Below the pieces are notes generated by a model. The model ran no database searches. It worked only from the letters and a program-made list of their open reading frames with translations, and was not told the DNA's origin. The position numbers were made by a program, and so were the translations under genes. Positions 1 through 12,567 of a stretch of 64,000 nt of DNA are shown here, in pieces. How positions within the stretch are numbered: position 1 is the stretch's first letter; each line of letters opens with the position of its first letter. The DNA comes from an uncultured delta proteobacterium (GTDB lineage: Bacteria > Myxococcota_A > Polyangia > Fen-1088): the NCBI GenBank assembly GCA_963796685.1, contig CAWCMR010000008.1, forward strand, positions 32,001-96,000. Direction: 5' to 3'.

Positions 1-177
1 AAGCCGCTTTGAAAGTGTCATGGATTCGTTGCTCATGGTTCCCGTCTCGACTGCCATTATCTTTCGACCGCAGGCATTCTTTCAACAGCGAACGACGTGA
101 CAATGAGAATTTCGCTGCGCTTGACGTACATTGGCACACAAGCACAGAATGCGACGGCTCGGTGTATAGTCCTTCCG

Positions 178-1015
178 ATGTACTCGGTTCGAGAGGTGAG
201 CGCGGTACTCGGGATCAGCATCTCGCGCCTGCGGTCTTACCTGCGCTCTGGGATGGTGGTCCCCAGCCGCGACGAGCGTGGTCAGCTTCGACTGTCCTTC
301 CAGGATCTGGTGTTTTTGCGCAGGGCCGAGGGACTGGTCGCGCAGCGGATTCCAGCGCGCCGGGTTCATACCGCACTGCGAGCGCTGGCTGAGCGCATGC
401 CCGATGGGCTCATCGCCGCCGAGCTGCGTCTGCTCGGCGAAGGCCAGGACGTCGTCGTCGAGGACGACGGCAAGCGATGGCATGCGACCTCTGGCCAAAC
501 CCTGTTCGATTTCGGCGCGCGAACCGCCACCGAAGAGGGGGGCAGTGTCACACCCCTGGTCCAGAAACGCGCTGCGCCACAGGGGCCAGCATCCCCCGCG
601 GAGGCGGTCCGGGAGATTCTACGCGCGGGCCTGCGCTCTGGAAGAAACCGCCCCGGCAGAAGCCATGGCCGCTTATCGAGGCGTTCTTGCGCGCGATCCG
701 GACTTCGTCGAAGCCCACGTGAACCTTGGCCGCCTTCTCCATGAGTCCGGCGACATCTACGCCGCCCTTGTCCACTACCGGGCGGCCCTGGCCATTCGGC
801 CGAACGATGCCACGGCGGCCTTCAATGTCGGCGTGGCCCTCGAGGATCTCGGAGCCACCGTCGACGCCATCGCGGCCTATCGAAGATCCGTCGAAACGGA
901 TGCACACAACCCCGACGCCCACTACAATCTTGCGCGCCTGCTAGAACAGGCAGGCAAGCCGGACCTCGCCGTCCGGCACCTGCTGCTCTACCGCCAGCTC
1001 GTGAAAAAACGATGA
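178..1015 (+). CDS. MerR-like HTH + TPR protein (apparent frameshift near 612)
   Basis: ATG at 178 gives MYSVREVSAVLGISISRLRSY (MerR-type HTH). The frame of ORF 278..1015 continues with TPRs (FVEAHVNLGRLLHESG, AAFNVGVALEDLG, DAHYNLARLLEQ). Removing one G from cggga near 612 joins the two frames. Confidence 0.75.
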
Positions 1016-1509
1016 AGAATGGTTCCGCCCCCGCGCAGGAAACAACCCTGCGCATCGACAGTGCCAGCGCCATGCAAAGGCTCGCGGCCCAGCTCGGTCG
1101 TGTGCTCGAGATCGGTGATGTCGTCGCCCTGACGGGACCGCTCGGGGCCGGCAAGACGACCTTCGTGCAGGGACTGGCAGAGGGCCTCGGCGTACCCGCC
1201 GAGCGGCACGTCGCAAGCCCCACCTTCGCGCTGGTCAACGAGCATCCCGGACGCATCGATCTCGTCCATGTGGATTTCTACCGCATCCGCAGCCCGGCCG
1301 AATTGCCCGAGCTCGGCATCGAGGAAGCCTACGACCGGGCCGCCACGGCCATCGAGTGGGCCGAGCGTTTTCCCGACTGGTTGCCCGACGACACGCTTCA
1401 TCTCTCGCTCGAGGTCGAAGAGAGCGGCGCGCGCATCATGCGCGTCCAAAGCAGCGGCCCTCGCAGTCAGGTCCTACTCGCCGTTCTGGCCGCCGCCAAA
1501 CGCACCTGA
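1012..1509 (+). CDS. tsaE: tRNA threonylcarbamoyladenosine biosynthesis ATPase TsaE
   Basis: Walker A GPLGAGKTT, SPTFALVNEH, HVDFYR and IEWAER motifs; 165 aa. Confidence 0.95.
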   Translation: MKNGSAPAQETTLRIDSASAMQRLAAQLGRVLEIGDVVALTGPLGAGKTTFVQGLAEGLGVPAERHVASPTFALVNEHPGRIDLVHVDFYRIRSPAELPELGIEEAYDRAATAIEWAERFPDWLPDDTLHLSLEVEESGARIMRVQSSGPRSQVLLAVLAAAKRT

Positions 1510-1519
1510 CGCGCGCGGT

Positions 1520-2020
1520 CTAGCGCGAGCCCGCGCGATGCAATTCCACGCGTTCGTTGCGCAGGCGTCCGCTGCGCGTGATGTTGGGTGCGATGGGATC
1601 CTCGGACCCGCGCCCGACAGCCAGCAATTGGTCGGAACCGACCCCCTTGCCCACCAGCAGGTATTTCACGGCTTCGGCGCGCCGCCTGGTCAAGGTCATG
1701 TCTTTCTTGGCATCGCCGCTGTCCGATGTATGGCACACTATTTCCAAGCGCGCGCCTGCCTCCTTCACCAGCGCCGCAGCCAGCTCTTCGAGAAAGGGCA
1801 TGGAGGCTTCGGCAACCTTGCTGGTCGCGCCCTCGAATTTGATTTCCTTCGCCCGTTCCAGAAGGTCGGTGACCGTGGGAGCCTGGGCGGCCAGCGCAAC
1901 CGGCTGGTCCGTGAGGCCCTCGGGAGCGAACAGCGCGGCATGGAGGTCTCCGGCGCTCGCAGATACCAAGGGTACCGTGGAAAAAAGAAGCAGGATTGGA
2001 AGAAGGAGGGGTCGTCGCAT
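1520..2020 (-). CDS. Secreted OmpA-like peptidoglycan-binding domain protein
   Basis: Signal peptide MRRPLLLPILLLFSTVPLVSASA from ATG 2020; OmpA_C-like HTSDSG...LTRRRAEAVK...GRGSEDPIAPN...RNERVEL. Confidence 0.85.
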   Translation of the reverse strand: MRRPLLLPILLLFSTVPLVSASAGDLHAALFAPEGLTDQPVALAAQAPTVTDLLERAKEIKFEGATSKVAEASMPFLEELAAALVKEAGARLEIVCHTSDSGDAKKDMTLTRRRAEAVKYLLVGKGVGSDQLLAVGRGSEDPIAPNITRSGRLRNERVELHRAGSR

Positions 2021-2076
2021 GGGTCGAAAGGAAGGTGGTGGCCGGAAGGCAAAAGTATACACCGCATCTGGAACAA

Positions 2077-4353
2077 CTAGACCGGAACGATGTCGGGGCC
2101 TTCGTTCACGATGGCGCGTAGGTCGGCTTCGCTCCGCTTCTTTCCGTCGGCCTCGAACCACACCACGAATTTGCACCCTTCGCGCCACCGGCTGCAGCCC
2201 CAGCCCCGCTTGCCGGCGATGATTTGGCCCTGCTTGCACACGGGACACGCCAGAGCTGCGATACCTTTGCCAATCTCTCGTGACGGGGTCGCAGTGGTCG
2301 ACGGCCCACTTGCCGTCGATCCCCGTGGGGTCTTCTTCGTCTTGCCACCCGGCCTGCGCACGCCCTTCCCCGCCGCAGGTTTCTGCGCGGCCATGGGCAC
2401 GTCCGCCATGGGCGCTGCCGCGCGGATGGCCTCCACGACCTCCTTCACATAGCCCGCGATGTCGGCCATGAAGGTCACGCGTTGTTCCTGCCCACGTGCG
2501 ATGCGAGCCAGGCGAGCCTCCCAATTGCCGGTGAGCTCGGGCGAGGCCAGATTTTGTACCGGCAAGGCCTCGATGAGCCCGATACCCATGGGCGTGGGCA
2601 CGAGATGCTTTCCCTCGCGAGCAACGAAGGCGCGCTTGAGAAGGGTCTCGATGATGGCCGCGCGCGTCGCCGGGGTGCCGAGCCCGCTGTCCTTCATGGC
2701 CGCGCGCATCTCCTCGTCGTCGACCAACTTGCCTGCGTTCTCCATCGCGGACAGCAAGGTCGCCTCGGTGTGGCGCGCGGGCGGTTTGGTCCGCTTGGCC
2801 AGCGTGGAGAAATCGCCGGCCAGACGCTCGCCTTCGGCCAACTGGGGCAGCGTGGTGGTCGCGCTTTCCTCCTCGTCCTCGTCCTTCTTCTTGCTCTTCT
2901 TGCCGGATCTCTCGTCGGCCTCGTCGCCAAAGCCTGCCACCTCTTGCCAGCCGGCGACGGTACGCACGCGCCCGCGCGCGATGAAGCGGTCGGGCGGCGG
3001 TGGCAAGGTGGCGATGGCGGCCGCTTCTTCGACGCCAGGGCCTGTCTTCTCGCCCGCGCCCGACCCCACGCGCACGATGGCCTCCGTCTGCGCGAACTCG
3101 GCGTCGGGAAAGAACGCGCCCAAGAAGCGGCGCACGACCAAATCGAAGATACGCTGCTCGTCGCGCCCCAGCGATTTCGGATCGACAACTTTCCCCGTGG
3201 GGATGATGGCGTGGTGGTCGGAGACCTTGCCGTCGTCGAACACGCGCTTGCTCGGGCGCGGGGGATGGTCGAGCAGAGCGCGTGCAAAGCCCGCGTAGTC
3301 GGCCATCTTCTCGACCCCGCCCACGATGCGCTCCATTTCCTTCACCATGTCGCTGGACAGATGGCGCGCATCGGTGCGCGGATAGGTGAGGATCTTGTGC
3401 CGCTCGTAGAGTGCCTGGGCGACCTCCAGCGTAGCCTTGGCCGAAAGCCCGAAGCGCTTGTTGGCCGTCCGCTGCAAAGACGTCAGATCGAAGAGCAGGG
3501 GGGGCGGCTCGCGCGTCTTGCTCTGCTTGAGGCTCTCCACCACCGGCCCCTGCGGATCCGCGACCGTGGCGTGCCCCCGATCCCGATCCCGCACCGCCTC
3601 GGCCAGGGCGGCGCTGGCGAAGCGACTGGCCTTGCCCAGGACGAAGGTGGCCGGAAATTTCGCGTCGCCGGCCGTGGTGAAGTGGCCCTTGAGCAGCCAG
3701 AAGTCCTGTGGGACGAAGGCGCGAATCTGCTTTTCCCGCTCGACGAGAATGGCCAGCGTCGGTGTCTGCACCCGACCGATGGAGAACAAGGTCGAGCTGT
3801 CACCCCGACGGTGCCGAATGGTCACCGCGCGGGTGGCGTTCAGCCCCACCAACCAGTCGGCCTCGGAGCGGCAGCGGGCGGCGTCGGCCAGGGCTTCCAT
3901 GTCGCGTCCCGACCGCAAGGCCGCGAAGCCTTTGCGAACGGCCTCGTCCGTCAACGACGAGATCCACAGCCGCCGGATGGGGAGGTGGCTACCGGCGAGC
4001 TGATAGACGTAGCGAAAGATGAGCTCGCCCTCGCGGCCGGCGTCGCAGGCATTGATGACCTCGTCAAAACGCTTGTCGCGCAAGAGGTCGCACACCGTCC
4101 GCAACTGGTCGCGTGTGCCCGGCACCGCCCGCAGCTTGAACTCGGCCGGGACCATGGGCAACGTATCCATGCGCCAGGCCTTCCAGCGCCCGTCGTAGCT
4201 GGCCGGTTCGTCCAGCTCGACCAGGTGGCCTATGCACCAGGTGATGACCTTGTCCTTGCCCTCGAAGCAGCCCTTGCCCGATGGACGCACTTCGAGCACG
4301 CGCGCCAAGTCGCGCGCCACGGACGGCTTTTCCGCGATCACCAATTGCACCAT
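2077..4353 (-). CDS. topB: DNA topoisomerase III (type IA)
   Basis: TOPRIM LVIAEKPS, DAGREGELI, GRVQTPTL, active-site YPRTD, GLGTPATRA, C-terminal Zn ribbon CPVC..GCSRW..GC. Confidence 0.93.
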   Translation of the reverse strand: MVQLVIAEKPSVARDLARVLEVRPSGKGCFEGKDKVITWCIGHLVELDEPASYDGRWKAWRMDTLPMVPAEFKLRAVPGTRDQLRTVCDLLRDKRFDEVINACDAGREGELIFRYVYQLAGSHLPIRRLWISSLTDEAVRKGFAALRSGRDMEALADAARCRSEADWLVGLNATRAVTIRHRRGDSSTLFSIGRVQTPTLAILVEREKQIRAFVPQDFWLLKGHFTTAGDAKFPATFVLGKASRFASAALAEAVRDRDRGHATVADPQGPVVESLKQSKTREPPPLLFDLTSLQRTANKRFGLSAKATLEVAQALYERHKILTYPRTDARHLSSDMVKEMERIVGGVEKMADYAGFARALLDHPPRPSKRVFDDGKVSDHHAIIPTGKVVDPKSLGRDEQRIFDLVVRRFLGAFFPDAEFAQTEAIVRVGSGAGEKTGPGVEEAAAIATLPPPPDRFIARGRVRTVAGWQEVAGFGDEADERSGKKSKKKDEDEEESATTTLPQLAEGERLAGDFSTLAKRTKPPARHTEATLLSAMENAGKLVDDEEMRAAMKDSGLGTPATRAAIIETLLKRAFVAREGKHLVPTPMGIGLIEALPVQNLASPELTGNWEARLARIARGQEQRVTFMADIAGYVKEVVEAIRAAAPMADVPMAAQKPAAGKGVRRPGGKTKKTPRGSTASGPSTTATPSREIGKGIAALACPVCKQGQIIAGKRGWGCSRWREGCKFVVWFEADGKKRSEADLRAIVNEGPDIVPV

Positions 4354-4419
4354 GGCAGTGTATCGGATGCGGGCGGCAAGCTGTTGCCTTCCGTGCGATC
4401 CGCGGTCGTCAGGAGGGAA

Positions 4420-4830
4420 CTAGTTCAGCGCGTGCGGGGTGGCCAGGCTGAAACAGGGGATGGGAACGTCGATGGTTTCGCCGCCGGTGACCACCATGCT
4501 GTAGCTGCCGTGCATCCAGCCCGAGGGGGTTGGCAGGACGCACCAGCTCGAATAGGCGAAGACCTCTCCTGGATGGATGACAGGATGCTGTCCGACGACG
4601 CCCTCGCCCTCGACCTCGCGCACGTCCTGGTTGGCGTCCGTGATCCACCAGTGACGCGAGCGCAGCTGAACCGTCTTGGTCCCGCGATTTTCAATCTCGA
4701 TTTGATACGAGAACACGTATTGCTTCTGGGTGGCGTGGGACAGATCCGACTCTTCGGGGCGGAAGGTGCTCACGGCCCTGACGACGATATCGTCGTCCTG
4801 TGCTCTCGGTTCTTGCTGGAAGCCAGGCAT
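4420..4830 (-). CDS. apaG: ApaG family protein
   Basis: YVFSYQIEIEN, QLRSRHWWITD, VEGEGVVGQHP, GWMHGSY; RBS GAGGAG before ATG 4830. Confidence 0.93.
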   Translation of the reverse strand: MPGFQQEPRAQDDDIVVRAVSTFRPEESDLSHATQKQYVFSYQIEIENRGTKTVQLRSRHWWITDANQDVREVEGEGVVGQHPVIHPGEVFAYSSWCVLPTPSGWMHGSYSMVVTGGETIDVPIPCFSLATPHALN

Positions 4831-4855
4831 GTTTCTCCTCGTGCCGTAGTTGCGA

Positions 4856-4925
4856 TGGCGGAGCCGGGCTTTGCCCGGCGAAGCCAAAAAGTGGGAGGGA
4901 ATGGGAACCCTCCCAGGGTTCCCAT
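4856..4925. repeat. Two adjacent inverted repeats (REP-like) in the divergent intergenic region
   Basis: gccgggc-ttt-gcccggc (4863-4879) and atgggaaccct-ccc-agggttcccat (4901-4925). Confidence 0.6.
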
Positions 4926-4998
4926 ATCAACGGTTTCTCGATGGTGTATGTCAGTCTACTGCATGGAATTCCGAATGCGGTGGCAAGATGATGTGCCC

Positions 4999-6796
4999 AT
5001 GAACACCCCACGTCGTAGGTTCACCAGGACTTGCCACGCGCTACCGCTGGCTGTGGCCCTCATCTGGCCGGCCGCCCGCGCGCAGGCCGCGGCGGTGCCG
5101 CTTACCCAAGGCGATGTCGTGCTCGCCCTCTACGCTTCCGATGGCAGCTCTTCGCGCAACCTCGGCGCCGGCACCCTCGCCGGATACTTCGGCGCCCATC
5201 GCTGCAACTGCCCCGTCACCCTTTCGCCCGTGGTTCAGCTCACGACCTCAGGCCAGACCGACCTCGGAAATTCCACGGTTGCGGTCAATTTTCTCCTGGG
5301 GGCGAACTGTCTGGCTGCACCCGCGTCCTGCGCCTCACTGGGCCAGGTCTCCTTCAGCGCAGCCCAATCGGCAGCCTCGCCGACCTTCAACAGCGCTCTC
5401 GTCTACCAGGCCGCGGCAGGCGGCACGACGTTTGCCTGCGATAGCCTGGCTGCAGGCTCGACGACCCTGTGGGCGGTTCTTGCCCAGGACGGGGTCGCAC
5501 TGTCCTTCGCGCTGAGCATGGACCTGCCGATTATCACGACCACGGTCGGGGCGCCCACCGCTGTCACCGCACTGGGCGCGGACAAAGGGATCCTCGTCAC
5601 CTGGACGCCACCGGCGGACACCTCGCTGGTCACGGGCTACCAGGTGCTGTGCTTGCCTCCTCCAGCGACAGCATCGACCGCTGGCTACGAAAGCTGCTTT
5701 CCCGCCGACAGCGTGGACGCGGCAAGCCTATCCCCCAGGGATTCCAGCGAGGTTTGTTCGAAGTTGGTCTCGGCCACGTCGACATCGCAGCGCTTGAGCG
5801 GGCTCGTGAACGGGACGCCCTACACCGTGGCCGTGATTGCCATCGACCCGAGCGGCGGGGTCAGCGCGCTTTCGCCGCTGGCCACAGCGATACCCCAGCC
5901 GACCATCGGCTTCTACGAGAAGTACAAGGAAGACGGTGGCGCGGCCACAGCTTGCGCCGTGGAGCCGTCGCCGGGATCGCATCGCCCGGGGCTGCTATGG
6001 GTTGCACTCGTGGCAGCCCTGTTCGTGACGCGAGCCTGGCGTCGGCGCGCTTGGCGAAGGGCCGGCAGAGCCTCGCTGGTCATCCTCGCCGCGACGGCCA
6101 TCAGCGCAACCTCCCGCGCACAAGATCTGCCGGAGAAGAGCAACTTCGACTGGGCCGCGAATCCGTCGGCGCAGGGGGCCGTTACGCCGCCAGACTGGGG
6201 TTTGGAAGCTCGGGGTCTCGCTCTATCGCCCGGCCATCGACAGCGAATTTGGCAGCGGGCTTCACCCCTACGCCGACATCTTCGGCTCCTCTCGCCATCT
6301 CATGTCCGAGGCGGAGGTCGACCGTTACCTCGGCCACCCCTTCGGCTCGTGGGGTCTGGGCCTACGCATCGGTTACTGCAAGCTCACCGGGACGGCCTTC
6401 TATACCGATGGGGTCACGCCCAGCGGAGACGAGACCGGCCTGCGTTTGATTCCCTTCTCCCTGTCCGCGCTCTACCGCGCCGACGGGGTTCCCGGCTTGC
6501 GCGTGGTGCCGCTGATTCCGTATGCGAAGGCCGGGCTCGATGCGGTGGTGTGGACCGCAACCCGCACGGGCGACAGCGCCTCGCACACCGGAGTCACGCT
6601 GGGCTGGCACGTGGCTGCAGGCATGGCGCTCGGGTTGAGCTCGCTTGGCCTGGGCTCCGTCAAGGCTGGCGAGGTTGCCGGCCCTGGCGCGCTCTTCTTC
6701 GAGTGGGACTACGCCGCCATCAACGGCCTTGGCCTGGGTGGCGAATTGCACGTCGGCGACAGCACCTGGGTCGCGGGCTTGATGTTCGACCTTTAG
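4999..6796 (+). CDS. Secreted Cys-rich/Fn3 protein with an internal MYXO-CTERM-like segment, fused to an outer-membrane beta-barrel (MXAN_2561/MXAN_2562-like); frameshift near 6206
   Basis: Signal peptide ending ARAQA; Fn3 motifs ILVTWTPP and LSGLVNGTPYTVAVIAID; GGAATACAV + hydrophobic helix + RAWRRR. Removing one A at 6206 continues into the frame of 6302..6796 (amphipathic strands, ending WVAGLMFDL). Confidence 0.75.
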
Positions 6797-6816
6797 CGCT
6801 CGTCCGGGAAGCGCGA

Positions 6817-7107
6817 CTATTTCGTGTACTTCACGGGATCCTTGTCGAAGGCCTTCTTGCAGCCGGCGCAGCAGAAATACACATATTTTCCCTTGTATTC
6901 GGCATGCACGGTGTCCTTGGCGATGGTGAATTGCTCGCCCGTGACAGGACACGTGGCCTTGGTGCCTTCCTTCTGCGGCGACGTGAAGACCTTGGGTGGG
7001 GCTTGGCTGGCGGCCGCGACCGGGGCAGCGGTGGACTTGGCCAACAGCGGCGGTGTGGCCACGAACGTGAAACCGGCAAGGATCAATGCGGTGAGAATCG
7101 ACTTCAT
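6817..7107 (-). CDS. Secreted YHS-domain (metal-binding) protein
   Basis: Signal peptide; CPVTG...YKGKYVYFCCAGCKKAFDKDPVKY. Confidence 0.9.
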   Translation of the reverse strand: MKSILTALILAGFTFVATPPLLAKSTAAPVAAASQAPPKVFTSPQKEGTKATCPVTGEQFTIAKDTVHAEYKGKYVYFCCAGCKKAFDKDPVKYTK

Positions 7108-7225
7108 GGTGACGGCTCCTTCTTGGTCGCGCTTGGTCGCGGCCTACGCGCCGAGCGATGATTCAGCTTGGAATCGACGTATCTTGGGAGATTCGCACGC
7201 CTCCATCCAGGCGATTCTGCACCCC

Positions 7226-8977
7226 CTATTGGCTGAACTTGACGACCACGGGCCTGGCACCGATCGCCACCGTGGTTTCCACCAGCACGCTGCGCTGTTC
7301 CGGCGGCACGAAGATGCCAACCACGTGTTTTCCGGCAGCGACCGGCATCATTTTGGCGGGACAGAGCAGTCCGGTTTCCTCCTCGTCGATCAAGATGGGA
7401 AACTCTCCGGCGGTTCGGCATTCCACGTCGATGAATCCGTTCCCCCGCGTGGGCGGCTCGACGGGGACCAGCGTCCGCCGCACGATGGTTCCACGACCTG
7501 TGTCCACCACATCGCGAAACATGCGACGCCCAGGCGCGATCACCACGATACGATGTCCGCCCTCTCCGACCATGATGTCGGCGAAGGTCTTGCCCTTGAG
7601 CGCCCCGTCCACCCAAACCGACGCCCCGGGCGGGACCGTCTCCACGATCAGGTGCCCGGCCACGCGCGCGAGCACCGGCTCGCTCAAGGCGTTTTCCGGC
7701 GCCGGCCGCTCTTCGCCCACCCTGGCCTGCGCCATCGCGCCGCCCGGATTGCGTGCCATAGCAGGCGTCTCCACGATGAGCCTGCTTTCGCGCGCTCGGC
7801 CCTGCGAAGCCTCCCCACGCTCGCGCCGGGAGCTGTACGCCAGCAACAGCCCGCCCGCCGCCATCAAGGACAGGACCAAGGCAGCGAGGACACCGTGGCG
7901 ACGGGAGCGCACGGGCTTCGCGGACGACTCGTCCTGTCTCGCGCCCTCCGCCGCGTCACAGGCGAGGACCGGTGGCTTGACGGATGGTGGCTCGAGCGTC
8001 TCGGACGTGCCCCCTGCCACCGACGCCTCGTTCGCGCGCCAGGCTCCGGTCTCGGCGATATGCAGTCCCTCGGCGATAAGCTGCCGCCGCTCGCGCGCGG
8101 CACCGACCCCGCCTGCCAACCACTCCACCAGCATGGCCGCGGACTCGGGCCGATCTTCTGGCTCGGGGGAAAGCAGGGTGCGCAGGGCCGCGCCAAGGTT
8201 GCTGGAAACGCCGGGAATGTCGGATAGGTCGGTGAGGGCGAGCCGGGTGGGTCGCGTGCGCGCCTCCGGACCTGCCGGTGCGTGGCCGGTGACGAGGAAA
8301 TGAACCAGCGCTCCCAGCGAGTACAAGTCCGCAGCCATACTCTGCCGGTCGCTCAGCCGGGCCGCGACCACATCCACCCCTTGCAGCTCCGGGGCAACGA
8401 ACGCCCAGCGCTCAGGCGGCTGTTCGGTGACGGCGCGAAAGGTGGCCGCCATGCCGCAGTCCAAGAGCACGACCTCGCCGGTGGCCATCACCATCACGTT
8501 GTGGGGGCCGAGGCCGAGATGGCACAGCATGGGTTTGGCCGAGTGGCCGACGTAGAGCAGGCGGGCGATTTCCGACCCTATCAGGCCTGCCAAGGTCGGA
8601 TCGACGACGGTGCCGTCCGATCGCCCGCCTCGGCTTTGCTCCACGAGCCGGGCCAGATCGGTTCCGGAGACGTGCTCGGTCACCACGAAGACTGAGGCAG
8701 GATCCTCGGAAAGGTCGACGACCTTGGCGAATCCCGGCCGATGGAAGTCGCGCAATTGCCGGCCAGCGGCGAGAAAACGTCGCGCAACGTCGGCGTAGGC
8801 GTTCTCGGCGATGCGATCGGAGCGCAAGAGCTTGAGCGCAACCAATGTTTCGGTCCTGCCCTGCCCGGGCTCGCCGGACGCATCCGGCGCAAGGTGCGCC
8901 AGGTAGGTTTCACTGACGCCACCCGGGCCGAGTAGCCCCTCGACGATATACTTGCCCAAGCGGAGGGAAGGAGGCAC
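7226..8977 (-). CDS. Membrane Ser/Thr pseudokinase with C-terminal PEGA-like domains
   Basis: Kinase fold (GPGGVSETY, ALKLL, APE, DLYSLG), but catalytic loop HLGLGPHN and DCG in place of HRD/DFG; TM helix; PEGA LIVETVPPGASVWVDG. The true start may be ATG 8987 with a homopolymer indel. Confidence 0.85.
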   Translation of the reverse strand: MPPSLRLGKYIVEGLLGPGGVSETYLAHLAPDASGEPGQGRTETLVALKLLRSDRIAENAYADVARRFLAAGRQLRDFHRPGFAKVVDLSEDPASVFVVTEHVSGTDLARLVEQSRGGRSDGTVVDPTLAGLIGSEIARLLYVGHSAKPMLCHLGLGPHNVMVMATGEVVLLDCGMAATFRAVTEQPPERWAFVAPELQGVDVVAARLSDRQSMAADLYSLGALVHFLVTGHAPAGPEARTRPTRLALTDLSDIPGVSSNLGAALRTLLSPEPEDRPESAAMLVEWLAGGVGAARERRQLIAEGLHIAETGAWRANEASVAGGTSETLEPPSVKPPVLACDAAEGARQDESSAKPVRSRRHGVLAALVLSLMAAGGLLLAYSSRRERGEASQGRARESRLIVETPAMARNPGGAMAQARVGEERPAPENALSEPVLARVAGHLIVETVPPGASVWVDGALKGKTFADIMVGEGGHRIVVIAPGRRMFRDVVDTGRGTIVRRTLVPVEPPTRGNGFIDVECRTAGEFPILIDEEETGLLCPAKMMPVAAGKHVVGIFVPPEQRSVLVETTVAIGARPVVVKFSQ

Positions 8978-9058
8978 GGTTTTCCATTGTAGGCCAGACC
9001 GAAGCTCCGCGCTGGATCCGATGCGCGGTGATCGAGGTCTGGCCCCGCCGTCGGGTCT

Positions 9059-9667
9059 TCACGCCGCCGTGTCGAGCGGTCGCGGGCAGACCGCACGCAG
9101 CTTGCACGGCGCACACTCGGCCCCGCGCCAGATGGAGTCGAAGTATCCCTGTACTTCGTCAAGCAGCAGATCGTCCCGACTGCACAGCCCCACCTCGAAG
9201 TTGCGCCTGCCCTCGCCCTTGGCGCCCAGCCCCGCGCCGGTCCAGTTGGCGCTGCCGAGATAGAGCATGGTGCCGTCGACGATCACGGCCTTGAAGTGCA
9301 CACGCGGACACAGGTGCAACGAGAACGAGCCCCCGCATGGGCGACGCAGGCCAGGGCGCCGGCGCAGCTCCTCGCGAAAGGGCCGCGACGGTTCGGACGC
9401 GTGCAGGATGCGAATCTCGACCCCGCGCATGACCTGCTCCTCGAAGACCCCGAGCACCGACCGGTACTCGCCCTGACGCCCGAGGGCTCGCCGTCGGCCC
9501 GGCCGCGCGTGCTCCTCCTCGACCATCAGCTCCTTCAGGTTCGCGGTGGCAATCCACAGACTGCGCTCCGCGTTCATCGCGGCCTTGACCACGGATTCGT
9601 AGTGCCCGCGTCCAGCGACCAATGCGAGGTTTATCGGACGGTGCTGACGAACGAAGTCCATGGCCAC
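9059..9667 (-). CDS. Phospholipase D/nuclease family protein (single HKD) with Cys-rich tail
   Basis: HFKAVIVDG...YLGSANWT...NFEVG; C-terminal CAPCKLRAVCP. Confidence 0.88.
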   Translation of the reverse strand: MAMDFVRQHRPINLALVAGRGHYESVVKAAMNAERSLWIATANLKELMVEEEHARPGRRRALGRQGEYRSVLGVFEEQVMRGVEIRILHASEPSRPFREELRRRPGLRRPCGGSFSLHLCPRVHFKAVIVDGTMLYLGSANWTGAGLGAKGEGRRNFEVGLCSRDDLLLDEVQGYFDSIWRGAECAPCKLRAVCPRPLDTAA

Positions 9668-9814
9668 CTGCAGCCTGCCCCGACCCCGCGCAACATTCCA
9701 GTTTCACCACCGAGAAGATTCGGAGGCCTCCGTGTAAAGCTCTTCGCCCCCTGCGTGGAACTTTCTGCTCAACTTTGCTCGTCCGAGACGACTTCGATGT
9801 AGTATTCCGCCGGG

Positions 9815-12565
<2,751 letters not shown>

Positions 12566-12567
12566 GT

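Noticed and set aside
1-36. Start of a minus-strand gene (MSNESMTLSKRL) running off the window
   Set aside because: Only 12 codons are visible, so it cannot be identified.
121-170. sigma70 pair TTGACG / TATAGT
   Set aside because: The spacing is 38 nt, far too long for one promoter.
2482-7161. 1559-aa ORF on the + strand
   Set aside because: The first ~840 codons are the antisense shadow of topB/apaG in high-GC DNA. Only 4999-6206 is credible coding, and the tail results from the frameshift.
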